This document shows positions 59,515-64,000 of a stretch of 64,000 nt of DNA, piece by piece (position 1 is the first letter of the stretch; each line of letters begins with the position of its first letter). The position numbers were made by a program, and so were the translations under genes. The notes beneath the pieces are model-generated. The model saw nothing but the letters and a program-made list of their open reading frames with translations, made no database searches and was not told the origin of the DNA. The stretch is taken from NCBI RefSeq assembly GCF_000143415.4, contig NW_003314277.1, positions 507,183 through 571,182 of the forward strand. Reading direction: 5' to 3'. The DNA comes from Selaginella moellendorffii (taxonomy: Eukaryota; Plantae; Lycopodiophyta).

Positions 59515-60657
59515 TATAATTATATGCTTTATTTTATATCTCGACTTTTATTTATTAAAAAAGAAGAATGTGTGGAATGTTTGAAGAAGATGAAGTTACT
59601 TTATTATTTGGCATTACTTTATATGCTGGAAGTTTGATTGGAGGAGAGAACTATATGAGAAAAAATAATGGAGAGGTTATAATTAAAATAGTATGGAAAA
59701 GATGTTCAAAAAAGAGCATAATGGAGACGGAGAGCATGGTGTGAGATAGCAAAATTGTTATGAATAATTATGAGAAATAAAAGAGTATTGCTTTGGTGTT
59801 TCTCTCTCTCGTATTGACATTGTTGGTTCTGTTGCTAGGAACTTAAGTGTGTTTGAGTGTTGCATGGATAGCAAGCTTAACACCTTTGCCATGGACTAGG
59901 AATGTCAAGGAGAGAGTTCAATTTTATACCTTCTGTTAGCTTTGGAGGAATAATATTAGGAAAGCTTTTTATAATGCTATCACATTTCTAGCAACAATTA
60001 CTTATGAATCTTTGTGATTGAAAGTGGATCTTGGCCTGGAATCGTCCTCTTCACCACAGGTCCTCAAGAACAATTGACAACTACTGACAAAGGGCTACTA
60101 CAAAAGTGACTATACTCTCATGAATGGTCATAAGGATTTCTCCTGGCATTACTCGGAGTTGAAAGGATATGGATCCAGCATGTTTGTTCAAACAGTTTTA
60201 TAAATTTTGCCTTCACAGAGATGCACACACTAATATTCATTATGGCACTTGCTCCGCGACTATGACGATTTTTCCGATAACGAGCTTTCCTGCGACGTGG
60301 AGCTGCTGAGGAAGCTTGGCCGGAAGGTGTGAGGTGGAGTGGAGATGCAGCAGCAAACGGCAATAGCATCAGCAGCTCGAGCAGTAGCGGTGCTAAAATA
60401 TCATTATAAATTTATTATAAATTGATTACTAACCAATAATAACCTAAAAATGTAAAATTGATATTCAAAGGCAATAAAAACTTACCTTTCTCTATTTTAT
60501 TGGATGAGTAAAACAGAAGACCGTTGGAATGAACATCAAGAACAAAGATACTCTCTGGATTTTTCTTGTCTTGGCTTTCTTGGCTCTCCAGGAAGGAAAA
60601 GCGCTTGGATATATAGGAAGTGATAATATTCTTGTTATAGCAGCCAGTTGATCGACA

Positions 60658-61743
60658 ATGTGTAACCTGGCATTGCCTGGAAAGCATCCCCGGGGCTTCC
60701 AATCTCTCCAGCAGCTCGATCGCCGCCTGGAGTCCCTGGAAAGAAGAAGCGAGCAACATGACGATGGCGATGTCCCAGCTCCTCGGGCGGCACCGCCGCA
60801 AACAAAGCCAAGGCTCACAGCCTGCCACTTCGGACGAGCGCTGGGACTGTGGAAGGGCCAGCGATTCAAGCTCTGGCAGCAAAAGTCTGGCCTCCTGGAT
60901 GGAAGATCCGCGGAGCTCGTCGTCAGTGGCAAGGACCGATTGAATGGAGGTCCGGATGAGCGATTCCTCAAGGCAGAGATGAGTTCCTGGGCTTGGGCTC
61001 CAAGGACTTCTTCTCCCAGGGAGGCTGCGATGATGTGGGGACTTGGCAACGAAGTGGAAGCCATCGAGAAATACTCCAAGATCACGGGAAACATCGTCAA
61101 CCGCGAGACAGTGTTCACGATCTACAAGGAGAACGATGAGCTCTACGATTGGCTTGGAGGATTGCCGGACGGTCTTGTGGAGGAAGAAGAAGAAGAAGAA
61201 GAAGAAACTCTCAAGAAGAATAGTGGACTTAGTAAGATTCTGGAAGAAGAAAGGAAGAACAGTGGTGGTGATGGGATTTTGGGAGAAGGGAAACTCCTCG
61301 CGAAGAACAGCGGTGGTGGTGGCATTTTGGAAGTCAAGTGCCCGCATCGCAAAGTCCTTCCATGCCCGCTCACACTTCCATACTTCTACGTTCCTCAAGC
61401 GCAGGGATTGATGGAGATCCTCGACCGGGAGTGGCTCGATTTCTACTTCTGGACGCCGGGCGTGAGCAGCGTGCTGAGGATGAAGAGGGACCGAGACTAC
61501 TGGGGATTGATCTTCCGGGTGATGAGCGAGTTTTGGTGGTCGAATGTAGTTCCTGCCAGGCAAGAGCGTGAGAGAGGCAGCCCAGAGGCTTTCATGCCCA
61601 GCGACACGCATCCTCTCACGCCCGCGGTGATCGAGAGGAGCCAGAAGATTGCGTCGCGGGCGAGAGTTATATGGACGGATTACCGAGGTGGTGGTCGAGA
61701 GGAGGACGAAGGGTCTTTCTCTTATACAATTCTTAAAAACTAG
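60658..61743 (+). CDS. YqaJ-like / lambda-exonuclease-fold PD-(D/E)xK nuclease
   Basis: LTACHF, MMWG..NE..A, WLGGLPDGLV, ILEVKCP, YVPQAQGLMEILD. Confidence 0.85.
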   Translation: MCNLALPGKHPRGFQSLQQLDRRLESLERRSEQHDDGDVPAPRAAPPQTKPRLTACHFGRALGLWKGQRFKLWQQKSGLLDGRSAELVVSGKDRLNGGPDERFLKAEMSSWAWAPRTSSPREAAMMWGLGNEVEAIEKYSKITGNIVNRETVFTIYKENDELYDWLGGLPDGLVEEEEEEEEETLKKNSGLSKILEEERKNSGGDGILGEGKLLAKNSGGGGILEVKCPHRKVLPCPLTLPYFYVPQAQGLMEILDREWLDFYFWTPGVSSVLRMKRDRDYWGLIFRVMSEFWWSNVVPARQERERGSPEAFMPSDTHPLTPAVIERSQKIASRARVIWTDYRGGGREEDEGSFSYTILKN

Positions 61744-62094
61744 TACTGTTCTTCGATTCCTTCGCTAGAAAAATTTCTACGAGCAAAGCTTTGATCAGAT
61801 AGATGATGATCATCGCAAACATTATCGCGAGAATCTCAAATAAGAGAGGGAGAGAGAATCCCATTGCGTGCAAATACCTTCCATTCGTCAAGAGGGGGAA
61901 GCTTACACCCATGATTCCTGGCGAGAATGCGTTACAAACTCCCGAGAGTCCACACCTTGTAGATCAAACCAAGCTTGCATTTCACGGGCTATATAAATTC
62001 GTACCTTGCTTCTCAGCTCCTCACAAAGCTTCAAGGAGCTCATACTTTCTTCACAGCTTTAGTTCTCGCGAGATTTTCTTCTTCTTTTGTATCC

Positions 62095-62406
62095 ATGGCT
62101 CTCGCAAAGCTTGCGCTCGTGGTCTTGTTCCTGGCGGCGACAGTGGCTATTGTATCAGCGGTAGAATGCAAGAACAACATAGCGGACCTGTTACCGTGCC
62201 AGGCAGCGGCCCAGAGCGAAACGTCCACGCCCTCCACCGAGTGCTGCACCGCCGTTGGCAAGTTTAAGGATGATCCGGCTTGCCTGTGCAGCACCATCGC
62301 CGCGGCACAGGCCGCTGGATTCACCATCGATGCTCCAGTCGCGGCAACCATTCCCAAGCGCTGCAAGCTCGATGGATACCCGACGAGCTGCTCCAAATCC
62401 AAGTAG
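62095..62406 (+). CDS. Non-specific lipid transfer protein
   Basis: Signal peptide plus 8-Cys pattern C-C-CC-CLC-C-C; TATATAAAT near 61990. Confidence 0.9.
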   Translation: MALAKLALVVLFLAATVAIVSAVECKNNIADLLPCQAAAQSETSTPSTECCTAVGKFKDDPACLCSTIAAAQAAGFTIDAPVAATIPKRCKLDGYPTSCSKSK

Positions 62407-62568
62407 AAGTTCCAACGTTTTCTCCATCATGCTCGGCTTCCTGTCAAGTGTTAGTTGATGGTGCTTGCCGCGCGAATGTAATAAAACTTGTTCTCATCAC
62501 CTTGAAAAATAAAAGTGTGGTTTTGTTTCTTTTCTTTTTGCTTACTTTGTGAGCGATTCTTCTGTGTT

Positions 62569-64000
62569 CTAGTCTGTGGCTAGTGTCCCGATGCCGTATC
62601 TGAGAGCAGCGGAGCGATAGACATCGGCATGAGCTTGGACGGATACTGTCACAGAAACTTAGCGTATTTAGCGAGTTTTCAGCTAGAAGTGAAGTAGGTG
62701 AAAGACGCAAAGTTGTTTTTTACCAGTGTGTGGCCGTGAATAGCCACCGCCCATTGTGATCACAAGTGGAACGCTACGTTGCATACAAGAACTATAGACC
62801 AAGTTGTTTCTCTGGAGCAAACCTTGCCTGGAAGTGAATGGAATGTTAAGCTACGCTCGGTGGGAAGATAGACAAAACAATTACCTGGACAAATTGAGAC
62901 GACCAAAACTATCCTCTCGCAATGCATCAACACCGGCCTGGAAAAAACTGAAAGTTTAAAAAGCTTGAAAAGGATTATAGATTACCTGGAAGAAAACGAG
63001 CCCGGGGCTGTGAATTTGGAAGAGCTTGTCAAGCCAGTCTTTGAGAATTGAGACGTATTCCTCGTCACCGGTTTTGTCTGGTAAATCCACATCGTAGTCA
63101 GACTTCATCCTGGTTCGCCATGGATAGTTATTTGCTCCTTGAATACTGAAAGTAATCACTCTTTTATCGTTCTCAAATATTTGAGCAGTACCATTTCCCT
63201 GTGAGAGCCAGAACGTAAAATCGAATGTTGGATATAAATAAAGGAAGATAAATAAAAAAGCACACCTGATGGACATCGAGATCTATGACCAGAACTGGAG
63301 AAGCTAAATTACAACGAGATGGATAAGCTTCCAAAGCAGCTACTGCAGCGACAGAAATGTCGTTGAAAACACCTGCATTGGATCGATCAAATCCCGTTAG
63401 AAAAAAGAACAAAAAAGAAGAAGAAGAAAACAGAAACAACTTACAAAATCCCTCGCCGTGCTCAGGAAATGCGTGATGAGTTCCACCAGCAATGTTTGCA
63501 GCTGCTCTCCGCAATCCGAGCATGACAGCGTGCATTGCTGCTAGCGTTCCCCTGAAAGACATGATTTTTTCTTCCTATAACTCTCATAGTTATCCCACAA
63601 AAAATGAGGATACAAGAAGAAAAAACTTTACCCGGACGAGCAGCGAGAACGAGCAACAAGTTCTCGACTCCATGGAAAGCCTAGTTCTCTCTGTTCACGC
63701 TCGTTCAAAGCACCGCTAAACACTCGTTGCACATAGCTGGAAGAAACAATTCCAAAGAAGAAAATCAAACAAAGATTCAAAGCTAAAGTCCGTCCATACC
63801 TTTCACTGTGAACAAGACAGAGCTCGTTCTCAGTTGCCAATGGAGCTGGAAAAGTAGTGAGCAAATTCCGCAGTAGCAAATCTTCTTCTAAGATCATCCT
63901 AGTCGCTCTATACCTGAAAGAGCACCAAAGATAATTGGTTCTAGCTTTGTTTTGCCCGAAGAACACTCACTCACTTATCCATGGGAAACCTGTGTCCTTT
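62569..64000 (-). CDS. Histone deacetylase-family protein (class IV / HDAC11-like), 5' end outside window
   Basis: FPMDK|YR, NIAGGTHHAF, GEGFC|VFND, IDLDVHQ|GNGT, FFQ|AGVD, TMGGGY, AHADVYR. Confidence 0.9.

Noticed and set aside
60118-60369. 83-aa minus-strand ORF
   Set aside because: No motif or splice structure I can support
60658-61743. Prophage or viral insertion implied by the YqaJ domain
   Set aside because: Plants have a resident nuclear family of this type and there are no viral neighbours

Overview
Eukaryotic plant nuclear DNA. It is gene-dense, with GT-AG introns mostly 48-70 nt long, GC-rich exons and several intronless PLS-class PPR genes that stop before any DYW domain. This profile best fits the lycophyte Selaginella (inference). 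Recognisable genes: five PPR genes, a small secreted CVNH-like protein, an F-box gene interleaved with three secreted cysteine-rich (defensin-like) peptide copies, a COMT-like O-methyltransferase, a tandem array of double-BTB genes, MATH-BTB (BPM), an alpha/beta hydrolase, an F-box/SEL1/MYND protein, NDUFAF3-like, PP1 inhibitor-3, CSE1/exportin-2, an intronless HSPA12-type Hsp70, a LIP1-like GTPase, a YqaJ-like nuclease, an nsLTP and a partial HDAC. There are also decayed LTR-retroelement sequence, a Tourist-like MITE and many locally copied gene fragments. Best leads: (1) a repeatedly duplicated cysteine-rich-peptide + F-box cassette whose two intact peptides differ only by amino-acid-changing codons; (2) INH3 and NDUFAF3 separated by only 69 nt, in frame and stop-free, a candidate bicistron; (3) 12 P1BS phosphate-starvation motifs in 6.4 kb around the MYND gene and a TATA-linked short-ORF unit; (4) an inverted duplication that makes the Hsp70 and LIP1 3' ends mutually antisense. 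All alignments were done by eye, and family assignments rest on motif recognition rather than database searches.
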